A stretch of 64,000 bases of DNA. Source: Antedon mediterranea (lineage: Eukaryota; Animalia; Echinodermata). Under the pieces are notes generated by a model. It had not been told where the DNA came from, made no database searches, and saw only the letters and a program-made list of their open reading frames with translations. The translations under genes and the position numbers were made by a program. This document shows positions 26,356 to 39,489 of the stretch, one piece after another (within the stretch, counting starts at the first letter, position 1; the number at the start of each line of letters is the position of its first letter). The stretch covers positions 28,154,437-28,218,436 of the forward strand of contig NC_092672.1 of the NCBI RefSeq assembly GCF_964355755.1. Reading direction: 5' to 3'.

Positions 26356-26500
26356 AGCTTTGTCTACACTATCAAACTTTATGCCAACAAAATGTGATGT
26401 GCCCATATATGGACATGATGACGTCATATCACTACCATATTTGGGCATATCAGTACCATGTTTGGGCACATCACACTAGTTCGATAGTGTAGACAGCGCT
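26356..26500. mobile_element. About 145-bp MITE (Harbinger-like), family C
   Basis: TIRs are AGCTTTGTCTACACTATC / GATAGTGTAGACAGCGCT, with internal inverted TGATGTGCCCA motifs. A second copy lies at about 45288-45432. Confidence 0.75.
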
Positions 26501-26797
26501 TAACGCATGATATAGTAACGTGTTGTATAACCAGTATTCTATTCCAAAATGTTGTATTTTAAACACCATTTAGAGAAAATGCCAACGCATGCTCAGTAAA
26601 CAATATTTTTTTAACGTGCGGATTTTAGTCAGAAAGAATACGAAAATGCGCGCGCAAAATGGACTCTATTAGTGTAGGACTACCAATAGTTATTTTGACT
26701 ATAATCATCATCATGCATAAATAGTATGTTTTATGTTACGTGACGTGTAATGTGTGAAGTCATGCAACGAGATCATAGCAGCACATCTACGTGTAGA

Positions 26798-28896
26798 CAG
26801 TGGGACAGCCAGTCGACAAATCGTGTCAAATTTCGACTCGGAGAGGGCGCCCTACTTTTCTAATTTAGTTCAAAATTGCTAAATTTTAGGGTGTTGGAAA
26901 AACACAATATTTGTAAATTTAGCTGATTATCGGAAAAATATTGTTAGTGAAATAAATTCATAAATGGTTTTAATATATTGTCATGTAAAATTAAATGTAT
27001 TTGAACAAAACGATAATCTGTAATTTAACGGCAAAATCAACCAATGTCTTTTTTCCGAAATTGTACCCTAGAAAATCGTTAAAATAAAATATTTAGAAAA
27101 ATTGAACAGTCCTGAATTTAAAATCCCTGTTAGAAAAATTAATAATCTACAGAATACGATATTAAGATACAAAATTCGGTGGTTGGGATGCAGCTCCGAC
27201 TATTCAAACTAAAGGTACCACTATTTGTTCCATCGAAAACTAGCGAAACCGCCATTTTGTAAACACATCGTCATCGTGTTTATGAATTTATTTATAGCGA
27301 ACGATATACGCGATGTTTATAATTGTCCGCGTATAAGAATTCATATAAATAAATACATTCCAATACAACGTATATTATTACTTGTTTATTTATCACAGTA
27401 TACATTTTAGTTGAGGAATATTTATCATAACTATTATAATAGCTTTTATACGAGTCCGAGGCCTAGCCCTATTAGCGAGCGATTGTTCCAGGGGCGGAAA
27501 GTCACTTAGTGACGTTGTGATCGAGCGCGTCGGGCCTAGCTAATATTAATAATATGACCTGAAATAAGCAGCTAACAAGAACTGTTATATACTTGCTTAC
27601 AATTGTTTTGTTATTGATGAACAAACAAGCAATTAGATTGAATAACAAATTATTTATTCATTTTTTTTGGGTAAAAACATGTACAAACTAGTACTGTATA
27701 ATATAAATTAATAGTAATATTAAAATACAGTATTAATAAAATATAAAATAGGCCTAACATACAATAAATATTCAATTTTTAAGGTCTACCACATGACAAT
27801 AACATAATTTACAGAGTATAGTGTAGTAGGTTTGCATTCAACATAAATATTTGTATTGTAATTCATCTAAATCCTCTGCAACATACATATATTTGTAATT
27901 CAACATTTTGTTTTAAATAATTAAATTATAGTTTGGGTATGACAATGTTGGTAGGTACCGGTGTCATCTTTTTATCCACTTCACTCTCAGTTTGAAGTCA
28001 CAAAGACAAAGAACTCTGCATCATCAACGATTCCTGAAAATAAATATTATTTTAAAAAAAAATGTTAATGTCAAATGGAAGCTGTATTTTATTAATTAAT
28101 TATTACAGTATTTGCTATTATTATTTATATAATCTAGGCCTACTAGTAACCTAGCTAGGCATCTATTGAGCCTAATAAATCAAATAATAAATGAAAAATT
28201 AAATAATAATATTAATACTGATTGAAAAAAAGTATTTTTTGGGGGGGATCAGATCACCAGGCCAGGCCGGCCAGGACCAATGATACTCGTAATCAGTACA
28301 ACTTAACGACTATCGGATCAGCATCAACACAGTGTACAACACACGTCTCGCTATCGCCTATACTGACACACGTGTCTCGCGTTGCCGAAACCACGCTCAC
28401 AGCTAGAAAATGTACCTACCTTTCGAGGCCTGAGAATACACCAACAAATTTTGAACAGGATAGAAATATATCATACTCGATTAAACTAATATTATTCTTG
28501 ATAAAACAATTGATTATAATCTTTTTAATTTGTTGGGATGCACCTCCGACTATTCAGAAAATGGACAACAAAACAGTAGTCAAATCGTACCACATTTATA
28601 AATTTCACGAGTCCCGACTTCAGTCGCCGAATGTATTGTATTAGCTTCGGTTTCTTTGAAGGAAACCGATTGGTTATTCAATTATACTTATTAGGAAATG
28701 ATTTTACCATAATAGGTAATGTTGGGCGGTTCTTAAATATTCATGAGAGCTTAAAATAAAACAGCACTTATTTGCTAGGCGACGAAAAATCGTGGTTTCA
28801 GTTTTCAACGATAGGTGGCGCTTCAAAATCGTCAATGCGGAAGTAAGTCGATTTTACACGATTTAACGGTCAAAACGCGAAGTGGCTTTCCCACTG
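26798..28896. mobile_element. 2.1-kb non-autonomous TIR element, superfamily uncertain
   Basis: The termini are CAGTGGGACAGCCA / TGGCTTTCCCACTG. There are subterminal inverted AAATCGTGT.AAAT..CGACT motifs and TAGA on both flanks. An internal direct repeat TTGGGATGCA.CTCCGACTATTCA occurs at about 27183 and 28533. No transposase ORF is present. Confidence 0.65.
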
Positions 28897-29922
28897 TAGA
28901 TGCTTTACTATAATACGGTAGCAATGTTCTTATTATTTCTCATACAAATTCAATTAAATTTTTTTTCTGATTTTTCTCTTTTTTTACAGCTATTAATTTA
29001 TTTCTAATTTATTCCAGCCCTTTGTTACACATTTTTCGTCCATTTCAACCAAAATTTAAAAAAAAACATAGGCGTGTGACACTGTGCTGATCTTAACGCA
29101 TTGATGCAAGTGCAGCAGTAGCCTACCGTCAGGGGCAGACTATTATAAAATTCCAAAACTGGTGATAGAGGTGCATGTGAGTTGCTTCTAATCTAACCTT
29201 CTTTATGTGCAGAACAAATCGACTCTCTCCATTTATCAAGGACCAGCGATGTTTTAGGCCTACATCCCGACGCAAAACCAGACATACGTTTCCGCATGTT
29301 ACAATTTTAGTATTTGTTGGGCCTACACAGCATTGGTTTAGCCTGAAATTGAACCCTATTTTGCCAGATGTAAGTTACAACTCATGGCCCAAAAAGTTAA
29401 ACGGATACGGTTTTCCGGTGGAATTACACAATCAATCGAATATAGGGTGTTAAATCTACCCCAAAATTCCGCTCATAGCCAAATTGGTTTTGAACAACTT
29501 CCGTAGTTCGTGCGTAGTTTTTTCTATAACATTACATTAGCTGCCGTAATCATCGCTTGAATTGGGCTCAATTCCCACACTACAGGGAAACATAATCATA
29601 CTCATCGCCCATCAGCGTTGAGCGCAGTTTTCAATATCGTTAGCAACCATAGACCAATATGGCACCGTTAACACCATATTATTTACTTTAGACCTGTATT
29701 TTTACAATGCGAACTGCGCTCTGCACAATAATCATCTATGCATTGAGACAGTGAGATAGCGATATGATTTATGTATGTTACGTGTGATTGCCATGAGCAA
29801 AAGGAAAAGTTTCCTATCAAAAGTAAGTGATAAAATATTAGACGTACGTAACTCAATCATGAGGCCACAGTACACGATTAATTGAATTAAACATTCAGTC
29901 ATAGTCACTTTCTAATGACACC

Positions 29923-30013
29923 AGTCAATGGTCACTCCACAATAATATCAGTAAATGGTCACTCTACAATCATATCAATCAATGGTCACTCCACAATCAG
30001 TCAATGGTCACTA
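29923..30013. repeat. Short tandem repeat, ATGGTCACT core x4
   Basis: TCAATGGTCACTCCACAAT-like units recur four times at 23-27 bp spacing. Confidence 0.75.
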
Positions 30014-31345
30014 ATGCTCGGTTGAATATTTGTACATGCAGTTGTAGACCCCTACATATTATATTTATTTCCGGTTAGGGCGCCATCAGCTTATATGGTG
30101 GTCAGCCGATTACAGGTAGATCGCTTAAGCTTCGGTTCGTGTGATCATTCAACTCTATTAAAATGATTGTATCTGAAGTGATTCTTATTCATGCCACACG
30201 TGTTTTTCCAAACACTTTATTGTCACTGAATAGCCTATGGTTTGTTGTGTAGAAGATTCCCACGCTTCGTGTCTTGGGAATACTTGTTCGTCTGGTCATA
30301 CGCGTAATTTGCCAACTAGAGGGTCTTGGAAACGGAAGAAAAGGTCGCTTCCTAGGGCTTAATTCTGTCTGTTTAGTGGAAGTGTTTCAGTTAATAAGCC
30401 GCCCTTGAGGATATACTTGGCAGATGGGGGGTCTGGCATTTAGCGGATTCAATCGTAGAATTAAAACATTTGATTGGTTAGTAGTTACCGCACACTTTTG
30501 ACAGACAATATTATGTAATAATAGCACACGCGCGTTAAAGTGTACTACCGCACGCCAGGGAGACGATACGTCGGCCAACAAGGTCTTTCATAACAGAGTT
30601 ACGTAATGGAGTTTAAAAATCCAGTAACGTGAACCATTATAACTTTCACAACTACAGCACCATAATAAATGCATCTCTGGTGTCGTCACCATAGCATACA
30701 CACTCATATGAAAGGGAAGCTACGTCTTTAAAATGCCGTATTTTTAATATAAAATAATTATAAACATTTACAACAGCATTGATAAAAACTTAAACTTTGG
30801 GCCACTCAGTGGGGCGCACTCTTTTAAGGAAGCAGGGAGCACTTTCATTTGAAACGTATATCGCTGAAAAAATATGTTTTAACACTACAGTCAGGGGAAA
30901 CGAATTTGAAGTTTTATGAAGGTGTCTCCTTAAATAACAGTACCTGTACTTATACTGTACCGCCATATTGTCTCTGTAAAACATCACGTTAACATTATTT
31001 TATAGATAGTTTAATGGTAGAACCTCAATTAATCTTTTAGGATTGATTCCCACTTAGGTAGAGCAACGCAATGAGGTAGGTAGGCGCTTGTGGTTTGTCA
31101 AATTACTTGCGTTTGCTTAGGCCTAAAGCTTGGTTTCCATTAGGAGTGACGCAACGCAACGAATCGAACATTTCTTTTCAGAACTTTGATCGATTGCGCT
31201 TTATTCTAAAAATTAAATGGAATTATAAATACGCATGCACATTCTGACGCTTTCGAGTTGCCGCGCTAGGCATGTCGGTAAAAACGGATTTCTACAAACT
31301 GCATTTTTATATAATTTTCTACAAAAAAATACTATCATTAGATAG

Positions 31346-31462
31346 ACAACCAAGACTAGTGACAATTCATAAGATGGGTTAGTGGGAAACCAGGACGAGC
31401 CACAACCAAGGCTGGTGACAATTCACAAGATGGGCTAGTGAGAAACCAGGACGAACCACAAC
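31346..31462 (-). repeat. Inverted two-unit fragment of the 56-bp satellite, flanked by a 19-bp direct repeat
   Basis: It is the reverse complement of the 9161-11023 unit. AAAAAATACTATCATTAGA lies at 31324-31342 and 31463-31481. Confidence 0.9.
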
Positions 31463-31598
31463 AAAAAATACTATCATTAGAATTAAAAGTATTAATTAAA
31501 AAACACATGTGGTTGTAAGGTTTTTTTTAATGTAATAGTTTGGTAATAATACAAATTAGGCCTATTCAATTTCAATTGAATATATTTCCACAATATAA

Positions 31599-31700
31599 TA
31601 ACATACAGGATAATATAAGTAATCATGTGGGGGAGAGTCATATAAGATGTAACATACAGGATAATATAAGTAATCATGTGGGGGAGAGTCATATAAGATA
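31599..31700. repeat. About 51-bp perfect tandem duplication
   Basis: TAACATACAGGATAATATAAGTAATCATGTGGGGGAGAGTCATATAAGAT occurs twice. Confidence 0.9.
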
Positions 31701-33184
31701 AAGATGTAACATTAAATACGAAAGAAAAAGACAAAAATATATACATAAACTAATAATAAATAAAAGAAAACAAAGCTAAAATTTTGTATTTAAACCATAT
31801 TATCCTATTTTTACCCCAATTTGCTCGAGAAGCATAAAGTTTGAATGACAGCCATAATGTACATTAAGGTTAATATTTGAGAGATGATAAAAGATCAATA
31901 CAAATAATTATTCTATAAATATATAATTTGCTATCATTTTCATAATCATAGAAAACAAAATTCTATAATTGTTGGATTAAAATGTACTGTCTGTTTTACA
32001 AAACAAATATAGTAGGCCTATAGGCATTACACCAAGGTCGTGTTCGTACGGTGGTTAAAATAAGCGCTTAATTTCACCCATGCCTCGGGTTATAAATTGA
32101 GCGTTGTTCGTACTTGAAATATTTAACCGCTTAAATGCTTAATCGACGAATCACAAACCGGAAATTACGTTTTAAGGTCAGTTGTCTTTACAACCTACGA
32201 CCCCATTTTCGCACGCTAGTTTCGTGTTGTATATTTTTTACTCGCGATCTTTCTTTACAATAACAATTACTTGCTACCTTTTACACTGCTTATCCTTGCG
32301 ACAAACCTTATGCCTCTTAACGCCGATAATCCTGGCGAAATATGCCTTAGTTTAATTAGCAGACACTGATTTCTTTAAAAAAAATAAACGGTATGGCCCA
32401 GACAAACTTTTAGAAGCTCTTAGAAAAGAGTTATCGCAAAACATCATAATTATTTCATATAATTATAATGTGAACATGAATATTTGGTACATATTTATAG
32501 CTTTTATAGCGTCCATTTCTTTCATGAAGTACATATATGTTAAATGTAAACACAAACAAAAGAAAACAACTTAAGAAAACTGCAGTATATATTTAATGTT
32601 GAAATCATTCATTGTTTTTACATTTGTTTAAACTTGAAAGTTCAGACATTTCTGATCTGAATACTGAAAAAGCAGGCTTAACCAACATGCTTGAGTTGAA
32701 TGGTGTAACCTCTCAACCATGTTGCCAAAATGCCCTTTCCCCTATCCCCTCAAGCACAAATCTAAAAACAAGATTGAAAGATATTGTCAATGTTTAAAAT
32801 ATAAATCATTGTTAAAAATCACATATAAAGAATGTTGTTTTTTTGCAACGTAATTACACAGTTGGCTAGACATTCGTTGAAGCGCGTTTACGCGTTCCCT
32901 TGATATTTTCTGTCCCTTCGGCAACCCAAATTGTATATAGGCCTACCGGTACATTCGCTGTTTTTTTCAAAGACCGAAAGCGTGCCGTTACCGCATACCT
33001 TTCACGCTGTCTGAATCGATGCATGTAGGCTGGCCTAATGATCGACCAGGTAATGCAATGGTTTATTGAAAACATGAAATAATTATTATTCTACTAAACC
33101 CCTTCCATTTATTGACGCGACGTAGGTGAAGGCTCGATCAGTTTCCAAATATGTCTATTATTACAAATTTATCTAAGGAAAAAG

Positions 33185-33442
33185 ACTTGCTTGTTTCCCA
33201 CCAGGACGCAACGCAAGTGATGATTCATCGAGTTGTGTCAACTTGTGGTGTGCTTACCTCCCCAATTGCGTTGCGTACTAGTGAAAGTTCTAGTTCCCAG
33301 ACGCAACGATTTATGCGCAACGTCGTCGTAAGCGAGTTCACCAATGACAATCGACAGTTCGAATAATCCACGTTTGTGATTGGTCAAATTTAACTTGCGT
33401 TGGGCTTATCCTTGCGTTGCGTCCTAATAGGAACAAAGCTTT
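33185..33442. mobile_element. Degenerate/composite copy of MITE family A
   Basis: It contains CCAATGACAA...TTGTGATTGGTCAA...CTTGCGTTGCGTCCTA and a terminal GGAACAAAGCTTTA. Confidence 0.6.
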
Positions 33443-34859
33443 AACAGTGGGTATAGCTGCTGACGAATAAACAAAAACAGTTTGACGCACACGTGCATTA
33501 AACGTGATTGAAGCGCGCGTCAATACCCTGGTAAACAAACGTGAACGTTTTCTCTGTCTGCAACTGAATATTACGTGGATTTATATAATATTTAAGAACT
33601 CTTGTACTACACTGATAGTATAGTAGTAGGTTTAGTGTACGTTAAAGTGGCACGGTTAGGCCTACACGGTAGTAGATGTGAAGCGTGTTTCTTCAAGCGT
33701 TTGAGTTCGCTTTACTGCCTGTTAACAACGTGTTGTTCCAACAACAACTAGGCATGCTGCCTTCGTGAAGTACTTCGATGTACACAACATGATGTCCATG
33801 ATTATTTATAGTATATTAGCGTTTTTTCTCAACTTATCAACATGTTTACTTTCTTTAAGTACTTTTTAAAATTTCGTCACGTTTGTTGCAACGACAGATT
33901 CCAAACCTCTCAACAGTTTTAATAGGCCTAAGTTATTAAACTGTCTAGGGGATACAGTGTAACCGAATTGATAACAAGGGGACCAGAGTAGCCTATAAGT
34001 AGTCCAAGTGGTCAATAAGTGGCCTCAAGAACTATTTGAAGATCGTGTTTAGACTATGAAATGAATGACAGGATACCAATTATCAAATACTTCAGAATGT
34101 CACTGATATTTACAAGCTCTTTGACTCTTATCGATCAGCCTTTACTTAATCGCGACGCAAGTAAATATATTCTATAGGTTAGTGATTTAATTGTCCAATT
34201 TTAAACTCGTTGGCGCTAATACACTTGCCAAATCAAGATTGATTTGTTTTACTAGGTATTTAACTATTGTTGATTATATCTATATTGGTTTTCGGAGGTG
34301 CGCTCCCTGATAAAGAATGACCGCTCATGAAAATGATTGACAAACGCAATAAGCGTTCAGTGAGAATCGCGCATCGACGGCCCAAACGGCGTTCCATAAG
34401 AAATATTACCGGTATGTTGTTTCATTCAATGCCAATTGGTTGTGATTGTTATACCTGTGCAGACGACCCCTCTAAATTTCACAAATTGTAATGCAAAATA
34501 TAGAAATTCAAATTAAGTTTCATTTCACTACTTTTAGGCCCTGGGACCAAAAAAATATGTTAATATGTTAAAAAATATGTTTGAAAACGAGTCACGAGTC
34601 TTCGACGGGCCTCGTGTCAATCCCTCGTGCAAGAACCATCGCGCAATCACATGTTATTTTGTAAAAAGTTCTAAAAATGTCTTCTCGGCTACAATTATCT
34701 ATTATTCCCAGTGGGCACAGAACATAATTTCAACGTTGAATCAACGTTGAAATATAGTTGATTTGTTGAAATCATGTTGTCAGCGTATTTCAAACGTTGA
34801 ATCAACGTTGAAATAACATTTTTTCCCTAACTATATTTTTTACGTTTATTAATAAACAT

Positions 34860-36900
34860 TGAATCAACGTTGAAATAACAATTTCTTTTCAATAGAATGT
34901 TTATGTTCATTTATCAATGTTAATCAAACGTTGAAATAACATCGTCTTTCTAACAAATGTTTTACGTTAATTTATCAATGTTGATCCAACGTTGAAATAA
35001 CATTGTTTTTCTAACAAATGTTTTACGTTAATTTATAAATGTTGATTCAACGTTGAAATAACATTGTATTTTTAACTAGAAATTTACGTTAATTTATCAA
35101 TGTTGATCCAACGTTAAAATAACATTGTCCTTCTAACTAGTAATTTACGTTAATTTATCAATGTTGATTTAACGTTGAAATAACATTGTCTTTCTAACTA
35201 GAAATTTACGTTAATTTATCAATGTTGATCCAACGTTGAAATAACATTGTATTTTTAACTAGAAATTTACGTTAATTTATCAATGTTGATCCAACGTTGA
35301 AATAACCTTGTATTTTTAACTAGAAATTTACGTTAATTTATCAAAGTTGATCCAACGTTGAAATAACATTGTATTTTTAACTAGAAATTTACGTTTTATT
35401 ATCAATGTTGATGCAACGTTGAAATAACATTGTCTTTCTAACTAGAAATTTACGTTAATTTATCAATGTTGATCCAACGTTGAAATAACATTGTATTTCT
35501 AACTAGAAATTTTCATTTTATTATCAATGTTGATCCAACATTGAAATAACATTGTCTTTCTAACTAGTAATTTAAGTTAATTTATCAATGTTGATCCAAC
35601 GTTGAAATAACATTGTCTTTCTAACTAGTAATTTACGTTAATTTATCAATGTTGATCCAACGTTAAAATCACATTGTATTTTTAACTAGAAATTTACGTT
35701 AATTTATTAATGTTGATCCAACGTTGAAATAACATTGTATTTTTAACTAGTAATTTACGTTAATTTATCAATGTTGATCCAACGTTGAAATAACATTGTA
35801 TTTTTAACTAGTAATTTACGTTCATTTATCAATGTTGATCCAACGTTGAAATAACATTGTATTTTTAACTAGAAATTTACGTAAATTTATTAATGTTGAT
35901 CCAACGTTGAAATAACATTGTCTTTCTAACTAGTAATTTACGTTAATTTATCAATGTTGATCCAACGTTAAAATCACATTGTATTTTTAACTAGAAATTT
36001 ACGTTAATTTATCAATGTTGATCCAACGTTGAAATAACATTGTATTTTTAACTAGTAATTTACGTTAATTTATCAATGTTGATCCAACGTTAAAATCACA
36101 TTGTATTTTTAACTAGAAATTTACGTTAATTTATCAAATGTTGATCCAACGTTGAAATAACATTGTATTTTTAACTAGTAATTTACGTTTATTTATCAAT
36201 GTTGATCCAACGTTGAAATAACATTGTATTTTTAACTAGTAATTTACGTTAATTTATCAATGTTGATCCAACGTTGAAATAACATTGTATTTTTAACTAT
36301 AAATTTACGTTAATTTATTAATGTTGATCCAACGTTGAAATAACATTGTATTTTTAACTAGAAATTTACGTTAATTTATTAATGTTGATCCAACGTTGAA
36401 ATAACATTGTCTTTCTAACTAGTAATTTACGTTAATTTATCAATGTTGATCCAACGTTGAAATAACATTGTATTTTTAACTAGTAATTTACGTTAATTTA
36501 TCAATGTTGATAAAACGTTGAAATAACATTGTCTTTATATCTAGAAATTTACTTTAATTTATCAATGTTGATCCAACGTTGAAATAACATTGTATTTTTA
36601 ACAAGAAATTTACATTAATTTATCAATGTTGATCCAACGTTGCAATAACATTGTATTTTTAACTAGAAAGTTACGTTAATTTATCAATGTTGATCCAACG
36701 TTGAAATAACATTGTATTTCTAACTAGTAATTTACGTTAATTTATCAATGTTGATCCAACGTTGAAATAACATGGTATTTTTAACAAGAAATTTACGTTA
36801 ATTTATCAATGTTGCCCCAACGTTGAAATAATATTGTCTTTCTAACTAGTAATTTACGTTAATTTATCAATGTTGATCCAACGTTGAAATAACATTGTAT
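34860..36900. repeat. 61-bp tandem array (about 33 copies), left arm of the 7.1-kb element
   Basis: The unit is CAACGTTGAAATAACATTGTATTTTTAACTAGAAATTTACGTTAATTTATCAATGTTGATC. The period was checked at 35231/35292. Confidence 0.97.
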
Positions 36901-37131
36901 CTAGTACTTTTTTTCAAACAATTATTATTTTTGTTTTTCAATGTTATTCCAACGTTATTTTAGTCATTTTCAAATGACATGTTTTCAACGTTGAAAAACT
37001 CTTGAAATTATGTTTTTTTTTCAAACAATTATTATTTTTGTTTTTCAATGTTAATTAAACGTTAAATTAAAGATAAATTCTATTTAATACTTTGGTTAAA
37101 ATGACATGTTTTTACTAACGTTTAATATTAT

Positions 37132-37443
37132 ACAAATAATGAATGTTTATGAGTGCAATGGTACAAATAATGGCACAAGGTGAATGATGAAAGGTTATAT
37201 CAACGAGGCAAAGCCGAGTTGATATAACCTTTCATCATTCACCAAGTGCCATTATTTGTACCATTACACGAATACAAAACATTCATTATTTGTTTTATAT
37301 AACATCTAGACGTTTTTTTTTTCGTACACAAAAATGTTTCAAAAAGTACTATTTAACGATCGTTGAATAGTGCGTACTATTGCACGCCATGTGACCCACA
37401 TTCGTCCAATCAAATGACAGGAATTTATATAGGTGTTATATAA
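37132..37443. mobile_element. Nested foldback element with a roughly 160-bp hairpin (Crypton-like non-autonomous element by inference)
   Basis: Arms 37132-37204 and 37218-37293 are nearly perfect complements around GAGGCAAAGCCGA. The element ends CCAATCAAATGACAGG...GTGTTATATAA. Confidence 0.6.
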
Positions 37444-38724
37444 AAAATAATATGTGTTTAAGTGCGTTGCCATTGATGTTTCAATTAGATTAACAGTTGG
37501 CGGTTTATTTTATCATCCTTTATTGTAAAACAAATGATTATTGGTTATTTAGGAATTTTAGATTGGCAAATATTATTGTCTCTGTATAATACAAAAATGT
37601 TCTAGAAGATGTGTTGAAAATTAAATGATCCTTTCATGCAAGATCAAATTTCATAAGAATAGATAGGCCTACGAGCTTGTCATTGGTTAGTTTCGTTTTG
37701 ATAAAATTTTGAAACTGGTGTCAGTAATTTCAGTTACTTCGACGTAGGCTAGGCCTACAGTAGTAGTGGTGTGTAGAAAAAAAAGGCTCATCATTGAAAT
37801 TGTCAAATAAGTATGTTTTCAGGTAGGAAAACAATCTTTTTTATTTGTAATCTACTAATTTATAAGCTTGACTATTTTAACCTTATCAATAGCTAGCCTC
37901 TAGTCTAGTAGGCCACACTCACATGCATAGCTAGCTAGGCTATAATAGGTAGGCTAGGCAGGCTGCCAAACTGATGAACTGAAATGAAGGCCTAGTGGAA
38001 GCATTTAGTATCATGCCTGTCAAGGGCAAACATTTGCCTTGCCAAGGATAACTACAGTACTGTACTTATTATGGTTATAAAATGGTATGTACTATTAGGC
38101 CTTTAGTTCAATACTTTCTTTATTTATCCAAAAGTATACATATTAAATATAACATTATAATATATAATTAGTTGGCCTAGGCCTAGCTAGCTTTCTGCTA
38201 GGCTGTCTACAGTAGCTGCTAATGCTATCATTAGTATTAATAGTATACAAATACATGCTAGCCTAGGACGGCTATTTGTTAAACTCGCTTTCTTTATTTC
38301 AGATTGTAGGCCTAGCTAATAAGGCCCTTAGGCCTATGCCTAGCTAGAGTACAAAATAATGAAGTACATGTAGGCCTATAATCTTTTCTATGTGAATCAA
38401 ACGAGAAAAATCTAATGGATGATCAATATTTTTATATACAAAAGGTTGGTATTTATAGTTCTTAACTTTAATATTGAATTGAATAAATTGTGGCCTAGTT
38501 AGTCGTCGCGCGGGGGAGAGAGCGATGGATGAAACTTGGCCTAGGCCATACATGAATTAATAATTACGCCACGCGTTAAAATAATTATTATGATATTGAT
38601 AAGAATCAGCTTGCGTATTTCAAGAAATGTACGAAAATGAATAGCGTAGCGTTGCGACACGGACTTCTCCCGAACAGTTCTGTTTTTTTTTCCGCTTGCG
38701 TTGCGTTTATGTCCTAGCTTTACG

Positions 38725-38748
38725 CATAGAGATTATAATATCTCTATG
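38725..38748. mobile_element. 24-bp palindromic insertion with 7-bp TSD (putative excision footprint)
   Basis: ctttacg-CATAGAGATTATAATATCTCTATG-ctttacg, interrupting a family A MITE end. Confidence 0.8.
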
Positions 38749-38768
38749 CTTTACGTTCTAGTGGGAAC

Positions 38769-38796
38769 CATAGAGATATTATAGTGAATCTCTATG
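38769..38796. mobile_element. 28-bp palindromic insertion with 7-bp TSD (putative excision footprint)
   Basis: tgggaac-CATAGAGATATTATAGTGAATCTCTATG-tgggaac. Intact MITE copies have a single tgggaac at this position. Confidence 0.85.
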
Positions 38797-39310
38797 TGGG
38801 AACCAAGCTTTACAGCAATGGATCATTTTAATAGCTGCGCCATGGCGAACTAGCATGCCTACATGCCTATCGCATCCATCGCTCTCTCCCCCGCGCGACG
38901 ACTAACTAGGCCACAGCAAAGATATCTTTGGCTACACAGTACTCCCTAGTTAACACTCTGACTCTCGGGTAATGTGGTGCGCGGTCTGTGGCACTAGTGC
39001 AAGCTATAATTATTCCGCACGGCGGCTGCTGTCAACAAATCAACTTGTATATGATTGCTGCATGATGTTATGTACAGTATCAATGCGTTATATGAAATCT
39101 TTTATTTTGTACTTGAAAAATCATAAAAATTAAAACTATTCATGTAATTATAATTCATAAAGTTTATATATGAATGAAGCAACGACTTTTTTAATTACAA
39201 AATAAATAGGCCCAATGGTCACATCTAGCTGGTAGGCCTACTAGTATTATTAGGCATGTAGGCCTGCTAGTTCGCCGTGGCGCATCTATTAAAATGATCC
39301 ATCGCTGTAA

Positions 39311-39489
39311 AGCTTGGTTCCCACTAGAACGTAACGCAAGGACGTAAACGCAACGCAAGCGTTTTAACCAATAACAAGCGAAGTTATAGACAGTTAGCAA
39401 TCACAAGCGAATAAGCCATCGCTTGTGATTGGTCAATTCACTTGCGTTGCGTTACGTCCTTGTGTTGCGTCGCTAGTGAGAACCACGCT
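39311..39489. mobile_element. 179-bp MITE family A, nested in the 7.1-kb element
   Basis: Nearly identical to 5744-5922, flanked by TAA/TTA. Confidence 0.85.

Noticed and set aside
34860-36900. 61-bp array with palindromic core as a possible CRISPR array
   Set aside because: The whole unit repeats with only point variants. It is the subterminal array of a TIR element.
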